In this document: positions 1 to 9,769 of the stretch, piece after piece
Position numbering within the stretch: position 1 is the first letter of the stretch
Layout of the letters: each line of letters starts with the position of its first letter
Source of the DNA: Thermoplasmata archaeon
GTDB taxonomy: Archaea; Thermoplasmatota; Thermoplasmata; Thermoplasmatales; ARK-15
Length of the DNA: 64,000 bases
Reading direction: 5' to 3'
Assembly (NCBI GenBank): GCA_039794005.1
Contig: JBAMMA010000017.1
Coordinates: forward strand, 114,490-178,489
The notes under the pieces: generated by a model
The model's database searches: none
The model's input: only the letters and a program-made list of their open reading frames with translations
What the model was told of the DNA's origin: nothing
Translations under genes and position numbers: made by a program

Positions 1-663
1 TGCACCAATGACATCGCCATTAACAAATCCAAAATTTTTCAGGGAAATATATTTTATTACAAATGAAACAAGGATTCCTATGTATGATATAAAATAATGA
101 AAATGGAATATTAATATTAGTGGTGTAGTATATATTAAGCCTATAAACAGATAATATGGTCTGAAATTCTTGAAAAATATTTCTCCTATGCCACTTGGAT
201 ATACTTTTTCATATAAACCGAAAAGCATCGAAAATTTTGCAGATAATTCTGACAATATAAAAAATGAGAATATATTAAAATAATCTAATTTCAAATTATA
301 TAGTGAGAAAATTTCAGTTAATATTACAATCAAAACTGAAAATGTGCCTGCAATTCCTGTATTTACATCTTTTAAGGCCTTTATTTTCTTTTCCAAGCTA
401 CCCTTTGCCATTACACCATCTGAAAAATCCGCGAGGCCATCCAGATGCAATAAACCTAATATAAGATAAATAAAGATTATAACTATTAAAGAATATATTA
501 TTTTTGGAATAAACATTAATAATATTGCAAAAAGAGAGAATATAAATCCAAATAAAATTCCCAAGAATGGCAATAAATAAGATATCTCAGAAGCCTTATT
601 AATATCGCTTTTTCCAGGTATTCTGGAGAAAAATGAAATAATTGATGAAATGTAATCAATCAT
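1..663 (-). CDS. cobS: Adenosylcobinamide-GDP ribazoletransferase (cobalamin synthase), runs off the left edge
   Basis: Hand translation from ATG at 663: MIDYISSIISFFSRIPGK...GLLHLDGLADFSDG...ALKDVNTG. The HLDGLAD-x-x-DG motif is typical of CobS. Not in the ORF track because it is truncated. Confidence 0.9.
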   Translation of the reverse strand, partial: MIDYISSIISFFSRIPGKSDINKASEISYLLPFLGILFGFIFSLFAILLMFIPKIIYSLIVIIFIYLILGLLHLDGLADFSDGVMAKGSLEKKIKALKDVNTGIAGTFSVLIVILTEIFSLYNLKLDYFNIFSFFILSELSAKFSMLFGLYEKVYPSGIGEIFFKNFRPYYLFIGLIYTTPLILIFHFHYFISYIGILVSFVIKYISLKNFGFVNGDVIGA

Positions 664-868
664 TAATTGTAAAAAATATTTTAAGATTTATACATTTTCA
701 TTATTGTAAATTTTACTAGAAAAATTTATTAAGTTTAAAATATTTCTAATAATTGTAAGAAAAATTTGAACAAGGGGTGGGAAGATAGAAAAACACAAGA
801 ATTATAGAATAAGATTCAGGTCAAGATAAAAATTAAAATATTTTTTAATATTTTAAATTTTGATTTAT

Positions 869-1834
869 ATGTTTATATTGGTTATTTCCAACACATTAGT
901 TGCACAAATTCCAGGTATTACTGAGGCTGGAGCGAATATTGAATTGATTAAATATACGCCTGTTGCAGATGCAGAATTTCTATTTTATTCTAAACCCATT
1001 TCAATAGATGCAATACCGGTTACACCAGAAGGACATCCTACTCCCGCAATAATTACCAAGGCAGTAAAGAATATTTTGAATTTTCCCATAATTGTTGTTA
1101 GATCTGGGACAATATTATATCCAAAGATACCACACATTTTCATTCATGAAAGGCCAGGGGAAAACATAATGGAAAATGATGGCCTTCCACATATTGACGA
1201 AATTTTAGAAAGGTCTGAGTTACTTGGAATGGAGTTTTCAGATTTATTTGATAATGTTTATATTGCTGAGAGTGTTCCAGGAGGAACAACAACATCCCTT
1301 GCCGTATTAAATTCTTTAGGTTATGAGGCAAGTGTTTCTTCGTCAATGAAAAACAATCCTATAAATTTGAAAAGAAAGATTGTTGAGAATTCATTGAAAA
1401 GGAAAAAGGCAAACAGTTGGTATGAAAGTTTGAAATATTTTGGGGATCCAATGATGGCTTTTATAGTTGGATTTTCTCAGGGTTTTAAAAAAGAGGTCTA
1501 TCTTTTTGGTGGGACACAAATGTTAGCTGCTGCCGCATTAATGAAGGAGACAGGTAAAATGCCTAGGAAAATTGTTACAACAAGATACGTTATAGAAGAT
1601 AAAACTGCAACATTTTCGTCTACAGCAAAAGATATAGGAGTGGAATATTATGCATCATACTTGGACTTTTCAGATTCAAAATATTTTGGCCTAAGGGATT
1701 ATGAAAGTGGCATGGTAAAAGAGGGTGTCGGAGCAGGTGGATCGGTTTACCTTGCTGAAAAAGCCGGTATAAAATGGGAAGATATAAAAAACAAGATAGA
1801 AGAAATATATGAAAACATTATTAAAAAAAGATAA
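869..1834 (+). CDS. cobT: Archaeal-type nicotinate-nucleotide:dimethylbenzimidazole phosphoribosyltransferase
   Basis: Motifs IPGITEAGA, TPVADAEF, GHPTPAIIT, AESVPGGTTT, GGTQMLA, KEGVGAGG; cobalamin context. ATG at 869 preferred to TTG at 860. Confidence 0.88.
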   Translation: MFILVISNTLVAQIPGITEAGANIELIKYTPVADAEFLFYSKPISIDAIPVTPEGHPTPAIITKAVKNILNFPIIVVRSGTILYPKIPHIFIHERPGENIMENDGLPHIDEILERSELLGMEFSDLFDNVYIAESVPGGTTTSLAVLNSLGYEASVSSSMKNNPINLKRKIVENSLKRKKANSWYESLKYFGDPMMAFIVGFSQGFKKEVYLFGGTQMLAAAALMKETGKMPRKIVTTRYVIEDKTATFSSTAKDIGVEYYASYLDFSDSKYFGLRDYESGMVKEGVGAGGSVYLAEKAGIKWEDIKNKIEEIYENIIKKR

Positions 1835-2393
1835 TAATATTATAATATCGGAATTTTATGAAAATTTATTCACGATTACATCATCCAATTTCAATGGAAA
1901 ATTTGGATACAAAAGAGGATTTTACATAAAAGGCATTAAAAATTATGTAAAGGATTTTAAAAAATTGCACAAAGAGATATTAAATAAATATAAAATTAAA
2001 AATTACACTGGATTTTTTACACTTGCAAAAATTCCAGACCATTTTTTCTACAATTATGAAAATAATATCGAAATCTTCACAAGCATAGGCATTTCACACG
2101 TATGTTTTCCAGGAGAAATTTGCAAAAAAATGGGCACAATAAATATAATTATAGTTTTATATGAAGAATTAAAGGTCAACGCCTCAATAGATATATTAAG
2201 CCTAGCATCATCAATTAAATCATATTATTTATGCAAAAATGGGTTGGGATATTCAACACCATCGGATGCAATAATGGTATCATTTAAAAAGGGCAATAGC
2301 ATAGAGTATGCCGGTCCATCAACAAAAATTGGATTCAAAATATCCAAAATGATATCAGATATTTTTGAAGATTATTTTAACAAATTTCATTGA
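1809..2393 (+). CDS. cbiZ: Adenosylcobinamide amidohydrolase-like protein (divergent)
   Basis: GTINIIIV, STPSDAI and YAGPSTKIG resemble CbiZ blocks; overlaps cobT. Confidence 0.65.
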   Translation: MKTLLKKDNNIIISEFYENLFTITSSNFNGKFGYKRGFYIKGIKNYVKDFKKLHKEILNKYKIKNYTGFFTLAKIPDHFFYNYENNIEIFTSIGISHVCFPGEICKKMGTINIIIVLYEELKVNASIDILSLASSIKSYYLCKNGLGYSTPSDAIMVSFKKGNSIEYAGPSTKIGFKISKMISDIFEDYFNKFH

Positions 2394-3814
2394 TTTTCCA
2401 TTAGCTCTATTATTCTCTCCATTTTTACATTTTTTTCCACTGTTTCAGCAATCTTTTCAATTATTTCATCAACATTGTAATTTAATTCTACATCATCTAT
2501 AAACATTTTCATAATTGACTTCATGAAATTTTGATTTGCAAATATATCATGAATATATGTTCCAATTGCATTTTTCCCGACTGATCCATCGTATCTCTTT
2601 ATGGGGATCATATTCTCTTTATAAACAATGCTGAATGGATTACTAGATTCCGTATTCCCAAAATGTATCTCATAACCTTTTACAATCCCCTTCATTCTTT
2701 CATCGATTATTTCAGCCTCTACCATCGTTGCCTTCTTTGTATTACTAAATACCGTTTTTGAATCCAATAATCCCATTCCATTTATTTCTCCAATTTTAGA
2801 TTCAAAATTGTCGATGATCTTTTTACCCATCATCTGATAACCACCACATATTCCAATAACAAGTGTTCCATCCCTGTGTAATTCTTTTATTCTATCTTCA
2901 ATGCCATTTTCCCTTATATAAATTAAATCATCAACGGTTCTTTTTGAACCGGGAATTATAATGACGTCCGGGTCCTTTATATCCTCAGCTTTCTCTGCAA
3001 AACTAATTCCTGCATCTTTAATAAAATAAAATGGATGAAAATCTGTGGAATTAGCAATGTTTGGCAATTTTATTATTGAAAAATTTACCTTCCCTTTTTT
3101 CCATCTATAATCGAATAAACTATCTTCCATTGGCAGGAAATCTTCCATATAAGGGATTGTCCCAATATGTTCTATTCTATATTTTTCCTCTAGATATTTA
3201 ATGGCAGGTTCCAACAATTTTTCATCTCCTCTGAATTTATTTAAAATGTATCCATGGAATTTTATTTCATTGGCAAGCATTATTGTACCTACAATTTGTG
3301 CAAATGCGCCACCTACATCAATATTAGATACTAAAATGTTTACAGAATCAATTCTTTTGGCCAATTCCCTGTTTGGCAAATCATATTCAATGTTAATTTC
3401 CGCTGGAGATCCAGCACCTTCTATTATTACTATATCATTTTTTTCTCTCAATGCATTTAAACTTTCATAAACATAATTGAAAAATATTTCTTTTTTTGAT
3501 TTAAAATATTCATACCCATCTATTTTTCCATAGAATTTACCCATCAATATCGTGTGTAAACTATCCTTTTCTGGTTTCAACAATATGGGATTCATCCTGG
3601 CTTCTGGAATATTTCTTGCAGCTTTTGCTTGAACGTATTGTGCATAGGCGATTTCTCCATTGATTGCGGCCGCTGAGTTTAATGACATGTTTTGTGCTTT
3701 GAATGGGGAGACCTTGAAACCCATGTTTGAAAATATCCTTGCAAATGCTGTTACCATTGTACTCTTTCCTGCTCCAGACATGGTTCCCATTATAAACAAA
3801 GGCTTAATGCCCAT
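2387..3814 (-). CDS. cbiP: Cobyric acid synthase
   Basis: GTMSGAGKS, PFKAQNMSLNS, MNPILLKP, EGAGSPAEIN; glutaminase domain GICGGYQM and GYEIH. Confidence 0.95.
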   Translation of the reverse strand: MGIKPLFIMGTMSGAGKSTMVTAFARIFSNMGFKVSPFKAQNMSLNSAAAINGEIAYAQYVQAKAARNIPEARMNPILLKPEKDSLHTILMGKFYGKIDGYEYFKSKKEIFFNYVYESLNALREKNDIVIIEGAGSPAEINIEYDLPNRELAKRIDSVNILVSNIDVGGAFAQIVGTIMLANEIKFHGYILNKFRGDEKLLEPAIKYLEEKYRIEHIGTIPYMEDFLPMEDSLFDYRWKKGKVNFSIIKLPNIANSTDFHPFYFIKDAGISFAEKAEDIKDPDVIIIPGSKRTVDDLIYIRENGIEDRIKELHRDGTLVIGICGGYQMMGKKIIDNFESKIGEINGMGLLDSKTVFSNTKKATMVEAEIIDERMKGIVKGYEIHFGNTESSNPFSIVYKENMIPIKRYDGSVGKNAIGTYIHDIFANQNFMKSIMKMFIDDVELNYNVDEIIEKIAETVEKNVKMERIIELMENQ

Positions 3815-4772
3815 ATTTTATACCCTCATGATTTCTTATATCCATTCCTTTTAATAAATTTATCAATAGATCATTTTCTTCTTTCTTTCTGATTGAAAAT
3901 CTTATGTATCCTTTCAATCCAAAAGATTCACAGTTTCTTACTAATATGTTATTTTTCCTCAGATATTCAAAGAGATCTATTTTGTCGGAAGTAACTAAGA
4001 AAAAGTTTGCGTCGGATTTTATATTAAAAATATTTTCAAACCTCTTCTTTTCTTTCTTTATATATTCAACAGTCTCATAAACAAAATTATAATTTTTTAT
4101 TGCATATTCTGCAAATTTACATCCAGTAATACCCATTGACCATGGAATCGAGAATTCCCTCATTTTTTCAATGTATTTTTTGTTTCCGAAGGCGTATCCT
4201 GCCCTAATACCTGGAACTCCAAATTGTTTTGTCAGACTTCTTAGTACTATTATATTATCTGAATAATGCTCTTTTTTAATATCTGAAAAATCAATGTATG
4301 CCTCATCTAAAATAACTATGGAATTTTTTCTTTCGGCTGTTTGAACAATATCATCTAAATCAATATATTTACCTGTGGGATTGTTTGGGTTTGATATAAA
4401 AACTATTGCATCTGACTTTATTAATTCTGATGGATATGGATCTATATTTTTCAAAACATCCTTCTTCATATTAAAAAGGTCTGCTATTCTTTCATATTCC
4501 TTGTATGTTACATCCATAAACCTAGCGACTTTACCAGAGAATGCATATCCAACTTGGTATAAAAGTTCAGTAATTCCTGCAGAGAAAATTACATCATAAT
4601 CTATTTTGAATTTTTCCTTTATCATATCTTCAATATATGAGCAGTATGGATATCTTGAAAAATCGTATTTTATTTCATTTAAAAATTCTGGAATATATGG
4701 ATTAACATTTGAAGAAAAATCAATCATATCGTATTCAGACGGTCTTGCACCACCATGGAAAATTGAAGACAT
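3804..4772 (-). CDS. cobD: L-threonine-O-3-phosphate decarboxylase (PLP, class I/II aminotransferase fold)
   Basis: HGG, DFSSNVNP, NPNNPTG, DEAY, RSLTKQFGVPGIRAGY; lies between cbiB and cbiP. Confidence 0.85.
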   Translation of the reverse strand: MSSIFHGGARPSEYDMIDFSSNVNPYIPEFLNEIKYDFSRYPYCSYIEDMIKEKFKIDYDVIFSAGITELLYQVGYAFSGKVARFMDVTYKEYERIADLFNMKKDVLKNIDPYPSELIKSDAIVFISNPNNPTGKYIDLDDIVQTAERKNSIVILDEAYIDFSDIKKEHYSDNIIVLRSLTKQFGVPGIRAGYAFGNKKYIEKMREFSIPWSMGITGCKFAEYAIKNYNFVYETVEYIKKEKKRFENIFNIKSDANFFLVTSDKIDLFEYLRKNNILVRNCESFGLKGYIRFSIRKKEENDLLINLLKGMDIRNHEGIKYGH

Positions 4773-5634
4773 ATATCAACACCCCCGTTATAATAACAAT
4801 TGTATAAGAAATAACAATGGTTATCTTTAAAGCTTTTATTACATCTTCTCTTTCTGGCAATGGACCAAAATCAATTCTATAATAACCTATCTTTTCAAGG
4901 GTTCTTTTCAAGATTGCGGCCATCGGGGCCATTGTATACATTCCATTAATCTTTAATTTTCTGTATTTTTTAAGGGCGATTTTTACTTCTCTGAAAGAAA
5001 ATGGTAAAAATAGAATAGAGGTTAATCTGGCAGGTATAAAATTTAAAACGTCATCAAGTCTTGCAGCGAATTTTCCAAAATAAAAATATCTTTCATTCTT
5101 GTAACCGATCATTGAATCCATTGTGTTTACTATCCTATAAAACAGTGCACCAGGAATTCCAAATATTAAAAAATAAAACATGGGTCCGGAGATTGAATCT
5201 GTAATAGATTCTGCTGATGATTCTATGGCAGCTGAATATAAATGATTTTTATCTAAATTTTTTGTATCTCTGCCTACAATCTTTGAAACATTCTTTCTTA
5301 GATTATCAATGTTGTCCGTATCGCAAGATTTTACATGCCTGATCAGGGAACCTATGGAAAATGTCGATTTAAATATATAAATATCTAACAATATTTTTAT
5401 ATATATATTTAATTTCAAACATTCAAAATATATAAAAGGTATTAAAAAAATTATTATCGTAAATATTGAAAATATTGACCCAAATAAAATGTCTATCTTT
5501 CCCTTTCTTCTGTAAATCTTGTCAAAAAATCCTATGGTTTTTCCGATCCAAACAACAGGGTGAAAATATAATGGATATTCTCCAAATATATCAATAATTA
5601 TTGAAAATAAAAATACTATAAAAATGTAGTTCAT
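4735..5634 (-). CDS. cbiB: Adenosylcobinamide-phosphate synthase
   Basis: HPVVWIG, IVGRDT, AIESSAES, YRIVNTMDSMIGY, ARLDDVLNFIPARLT. Confidence 0.95.
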   Translation of the reverse strand: MNYIFIVFLFSIIIDIFGEYPLYFHPVVWIGKTIGFFDKIYRRKGKIDILFGSIFSIFTIIIFLIPFIYFECLKLNIYIKILLDIYIFKSTFSIGSLIRHVKSCDTDNIDNLRKNVSKIVGRDTKNLDKNHLYSAAIESSAESITDSISGPMFYFLIFGIPGALFYRIVNTMDSMIGYKNERYFYFGKFAARLDDVLNFIPARLTSILFLPFSFREVKIALKKYRKLKINGMYTMAPMAAILKRTLEKIGYYRIDFGPLPEREDVIKALKITIVISYTIVIITGVLIYVFNFPWWCKTV

Positions 5635-6329
5635 GGATATATCTGTATTGCATTCTTTTCACTTGATTTTATTCTAAATGCCCTAACATTTAATTCATTA
5701 TTTATCTTTTCTATGCATTTATCAACCGATTTTTCACTGGGCCTTGGAAAATTTGGGGAAACTTCAATCATCATATCTATCCTTAAAATTGGGTTTTCAA
5801 TCAATCCCGAAATAAATTTTGAAATTTCATATGAGTTATCGCATCCAAGCATATTTTCAGAATATACCGTTTCAAATGTAAACTTTTCATTCACCAATCT
5901 TTTTAAATTTTCTAATGATTTCGTATTGTCCCTTTTTGTTATTTTAATATGCTTTTCCCTATCAAGCGTTTTTATTGAAAATGATATTCTATCTGATAAT
6001 TCTACGATTTCATATGTTAACAATTCTCCATTTGTCAATAAATTGATCTTAATTCCAAGATTCTTTAAAATTTTGATGAGATCGATCAATTCTCTATCTA
6101 ATGTTGGCTCACCACCTCCTAAAAATACCTCTTTTATTTTATTATCATTTAAAATTTTAATGATGTCGCTAATCTCTAAAAAATTGATACCTTTGAAATC
6201 TATTTTCTCAGAATGTATGTCATATCTTGATTTTTTTAGTATGCAAAATTCACAGTCCCAATTGCAACCATAAAAAAATAAATAGGCGGAAGAGTCTGGA
6301 AATTTTGTTATATGATATACGTTTGTCAT
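5631..6329 (-). CDS. Radical SAM protein of unknown function (glycyl-radical activating enzyme-like), in cobamide operon
   Basis: CNWDCEFC (CX3CX2C), GGGEPTL, LLTNG. Likely start ATG 6329, just after the btuF stop; the track starts at 6353. Confidence 0.85.
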   Translation of the reverse strand: MTNVYHITKFPDSSAYLFFYGCNWDCEFCILKKSRYDIHSEKIDFKGINFLEISDIIKILNDNKIKEVFLGGGEPTLDRELIDLIKILKNLGIKINLLTNGELLTYEIVELSDRISFSIKTLDREKHIKITKRDNTKSLENLKRLVNEKFTFETVYSENMLGCDNSYEISKFISGLIENPILRIDMMIEVSPNFPRPSEKSVDKCIEKINNELNVRAFRIKSSEKNAIQIYP

Positions 6330-6330
6330 C

Positions 6331-7338
6331 TCAGCTCGATAGGTATATCTCATTTATGGTTAAAGGACTTACCTCATTTGCCAAGTTCGGATATAGTGTA
6401 ACGAAAATTTCATAAATACCGATGAAAAGCTGTGGACCTGGTTCCTCAATGTAATAATCCGGTAAGATTATGAAATGTTTCAACTTTACGGCTGTCAAAT
6501 TGGAAAACATGCTGTTATTTACAAATTGTGATAATAGAGATTCTTGATCTTGGGAAACTATAATCCAATTAGGATTTGCATTTACTATATTTTCAGGATT
6601 TATTATAAAATATCCAACACCGAAAGATGCGATGTTTATTCCACCTGCACTTATGATCATATCATTTATGAATGTGTTTTCTCCTGCTGTCCATATTGGA
6701 TTATACCAACCCAAGTAAAATACAGTTGACCTGTTTTTAATATTATGTAAAACATTGTTTAAATTATTTTCAAATTTTTCTAATGCATTAATTACCTTTG
6801 TTGCATTGTTTAAATCATTGGTTGCATAACCCAATAAAAATATGTCATGTATGATTCCATCCAAATTCTCCGGATACATAAACAGAACAGGTATTCCAGC
6901 ATTTTCAATCTGTTGTATTGCGTTGGGATCATAAATTCCTCCAAATGCCAATACCAAATTTGGCTTCAATGACAAAACCTTTTCCACAGATACATTTGTT
7001 AATCCTCCTATTTTTGTTATATTCTTAGCTGATGGTGGATATGTGTCATATACAGTATCACCAACAATATATTTACCAAGGCCTATAGAATATGCAATTT
7101 CCGTGCATGATGGTGCTAATGACACAATTCTATTTACAGGTTCTTTTATTTTTACAATGTTATTTAAATCATCGATTACTGTTACATAAGTGTAATTTGT
7201 GGTTTTATTTTGCATTGTAGTATTGTTTTGCATATATGTTTTATTTTCCATTGTATTAAAGAAATATCCGGCTGAAAAAGAGACTATTATAACTAAAACC
7301 AAGATTATTGCAATGATCCAACTTTTCATATCTTTCAC
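6331..7338 (-). CDS. btuF: Cobalamin ABC transporter substrate-binding protein
   Basis: N-terminal TM anchor, RIVSLAPSCTEIAYSIG, EKVLSLKPNLV, PGP motif; cobamide cluster context. Confidence 0.85.
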   Translation of the reverse strand: MKDMKSWIIAIILVLVIIVSFSAGYFFNTMENKTYMQNNTTMQNKTTNYTYVTVIDDLNNIVKIKEPVNRIVSLAPSCTEIAYSIGLGKYIVGDTVYDTYPPSAKNITKIGGLTNVSVEKVLSLKPNLVLAFGGIYDPNAIQQIENAGIPVLFMYPENLDGIIHDIFLLGYATNDLNNATKVINALEKFENNLNNVLHNIKNRSTVFYLGWYNPIWTAGENTFINDMIISAGGINIASFGVGYFIINPENIVNANPNWIIVSQDQESLLSQFVNNSMFSNLTAVKLKHFIILPDYYIEEPGPQLFIGIYEIFVTLYPNLANEVSPLTINEIYLSS

Positions 7339-7414
7339 CGAAACTAAAATAAACTTTAATTATTTAAAATTTATTTGAAAAAGTTTTATTAATATTATTT
7401 ATTTAGTAAAAATC

Positions 7415-7996
7415 ATGAATGATACATATTCACTCTATAAACTTGCGGAATCGACTGTTTGCATGATGAAGTGGAATGATTGTGTTTATTTTTATTCAAT
7501 ATTGTTAGAAAGGAATGATATACCCGGTGAATTGTTAGCTGGAGCATGGCATGGGTATGGGGATTGTTTGGAAAAAATAAAGAAAAAGGAAGAAAGTCTA
7601 AAAGCATATGAGAGGGCGCTCGAATATCATATGAAAGATGCAGTTAAAAATAATAAAGCGAGCTCATACCTATGGGGTTCATGGGCTGCATTAAAATTGA
7701 ATAAAACGGATCTGGCATATGACATGATTAAAAAATCCTTGGACCTGGATCCTGACTATGCATATTCATGGCTGACATATTCCGTTATTTCTTCAAAATT
7801 GGGTAAAAAGGAAGAATCAGAATATGCAAGAAATATGTATAAAAAACTAATTGAAATAAGACCTTACAAAGACAGAATATGTGAAGGTCTTGAAATGCTT
7901 AAATCGGTTATTGATAATCTGGATGGGGATATAAGAGAAAGGGCTGAAAATATATTAAAAAATACGAAGTGCAAGGAAAATGTTAATAAAGAGTGA
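7415..7996 (+). CDS. TPR-like helical repeat protein
   Basis: AWHGYGDCLEK...AYERAL and LDPDYAYSWLTYS are TPR-type motifs; overlaps btuC start. Confidence 0.7.
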   Translation: MNDTYSLYKLAESTVCMMKWNDCVYFYSILLERNDIPGELLAGAWHGYGDCLEKIKKKEESLKAYERALEYHMKDAVKNNKASSYLWGSWAALKLNKTDLAYDMIKKSLDLDPDYAYSWLTYSVISSKLGKKEESEYARNMYKKLIEIRPYKDRICEGLEMLKSVIDNLDGDIRERAENILKNTKCKENVNKE

Positions 7997-8990
7997 AAAA
8001 AACAGGGAGTATTTTACTATTTCAATCATTTTTCTCTCTATTCTATCAATAATATTTTCAATGGCGATAGGGCCTGTTAATATAAGCATATCAGAGATTT
8101 TGGAATACCTTTTTCTTTTAAGGGATAAAGGAACTGTTGGTATTATATTGTGGGATATAAGGATTCCTAGAATATTCTTGGCATTTTTGGTAGGATCTTC
8201 TCTGGCATCCGTTGGGGTTGTTATGCAGTCTATTTTTAGAAATCCACTTGCCGATCCATATATAACTGGGACTGCATCAGGAGCTGCTTTTGGTGCTACT
8301 TTGGCAGTAATAACGAATTTGTATTTAATCTCATTCTTGTACCTTCCATTTTTTGCATTTCTTGGCGCAATGTTTGCAACCACTCTTTCATTTTTCATAT
8401 CTTATTTATCTGGCAACAGAAGAAATGAAAACTTACTTTTAGCGGGCCTTGGCATTTCTATATTTTTGTCTTCTTTGGTATCTTATATGATGTATATGGA
8501 TGGAAAGGATTTGGATTATTTGTTCTATTGGCTTATGGGGAGTTTCAGCGGTGCACAAATGTATATGGTATACACGGTATTTTTAATATTCATTCCATCT
8601 ATAATAATATTGATAATATTTTCAAGGGATTTGGATTTATTCATGATTGGGGAAGAACATGCAAAGACCCTTGGAATGGATGTGAATAAAAAGAGAATTA
8701 TGTTTTATTTTATTTCATCACTACTTACTGGAGTCAGCATATCATTTGTAGGCATTATCGGATTTGTTGGTCTTATAATACCCCATATAATAAGAATAAT
8801 TGGTGGTTCCTCAAACAGATTTGTTTTATTTAATTCAATTTTTCTGGGAGGTTCATTCATGGTAATTTCCGATACAATTGCAAGATCATTCAACATCATT
8901 GAAGAATTACCTGTAGGGATAATAACATCATTGATTGGGATACCGTTCTTTTTATATTTAATTGCCATTGAAAGGAGGTACTGGACATGA
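7980..8990 (+). CDS. btuC: Cobalamin/iron-siderophore ABC permease (FecCD family)
   Basis: IRIPRI, QSIFRNPLADPYITG, GEEHAKTLG, GIIGFVGLIIPH, LPVGIITS. Confidence 0.9.
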   Translation: MLIKSEKNREYFTISIIFLSILSIIFSMAIGPVNISISEILEYLFLLRDKGTVGIILWDIRIPRIFLAFLVGSSLASVGVVMQSIFRNPLADPYITGTASGAAFGATLAVITNLYLISFLYLPFFAFLGAMFATTLSFFISYLSGNRRNENLLLAGLGISIFLSSLVSYMMYMDGKDLDYLFYWLMGSFSGAQMYMVYTVFLIFIPSIIILIIFSRDLDLFMIGEEHAKTLGMDVNKKRIMFYFISSLLTGVSISFVGIIGFVGLIIPHIIRIIGGSSNRFVLFNSIFLGGSFMVISDTIARSFNIIEELPVGIITSLIGIPFFLYLIAIERRYWT

Positions 8991-9769
8991 TAAAAATTAA
9001 AAATCTTAATTTTTCATATAATAATGAATTTTCATTAAATAATATTAATATGGATATAGAGGATGGAAAAATAGTATCAATCCTTGGACCTAATGGATCT
9101 GGAAAAACTACAATTTTAAAAATTATTTCAGGAATAATTACAGATTACAATGGAGATGTTTTTATAAACAATAAAAATTTGAAAAAATTCAGTAGAAAAG
9201 AATTATCAAAAACAGTTTCATATGTTCCCCAGGACCTGAATATTGCATTTGATTTTACAGTAAAGGAAATAATATCAATGGGAAGATATCCCTATTTATC
9301 TCCAATTTCAAACTTCAATAAAGAGGATTATGAAATAATTGAGAGAGCAATGAAAATTACAGGAACTAAAAATATTGAAAATAGATCAATAAAAGAAATA
9401 TCAGGTGGAGAAAAACAGAGAGTATTGATAGGAAGGGCCCTGGCACAAGGATCAAAAATTATTTTACTTGACGAACCGACCTCGAATCTGGATATAAAAT
9501 ATCAATTGGAAATTTTAAAAATATTAAGCAATTTGGTTAAAAATGAAAATAAGACGGTAATAATGAGTATGCATGATATCAATCTTTCAATAAGATTTTG
9601 CGATGAAATATATCTAATATCTAAAGGTAAAATCGTAGAAAAAGGGGCCCCAGATGATATAATAAATGATAAAACACTTAGTGATGTTTACAATATAAAG
9701 GCAAAAGTTTTAAGGAATGAACATGGAAAAATCTCGTATATTTTTCCCGAGGAAGTTAATGGGCATTGA
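8987..9769 (+). CDS. btuD: Cobalamin/iron ABC transporter ATPase
   Basis: Walker A GPNGSGKT, signature ISGGEKQR, Walker B LLDEPT, H-loop MHD. Confidence 0.9.
   Translation: MIKIKNLNFSYNNEFSLNNINMDIEDGKIVSILGPNGSGKTTILKIISGIITDYNGDVFINNKNLKKFSRKELSKTVSYVPQDLNIAFDFTVKEIISMGRYPYLSPISNFNKEDYEIIERAMKITGTKNIENRSIKEISGGEKQRVLIGRALAQGSKIILLDEPTSNLDIKYQLEILKILSNLVKNENKTVIMSMHDINLSIRFCDEIYLISKGKIVEKGAPDDIINDKTLSDVYNIKAKVLRNEHGKISYIFPEEVNGH

Noticed and set aside
6354-7414. Cobalamin riboswitch for the btu/cob cluster
   Set aside because: The only intergenic gap (7339-7414) is 76 bp of almost pure A/T with no structured element.
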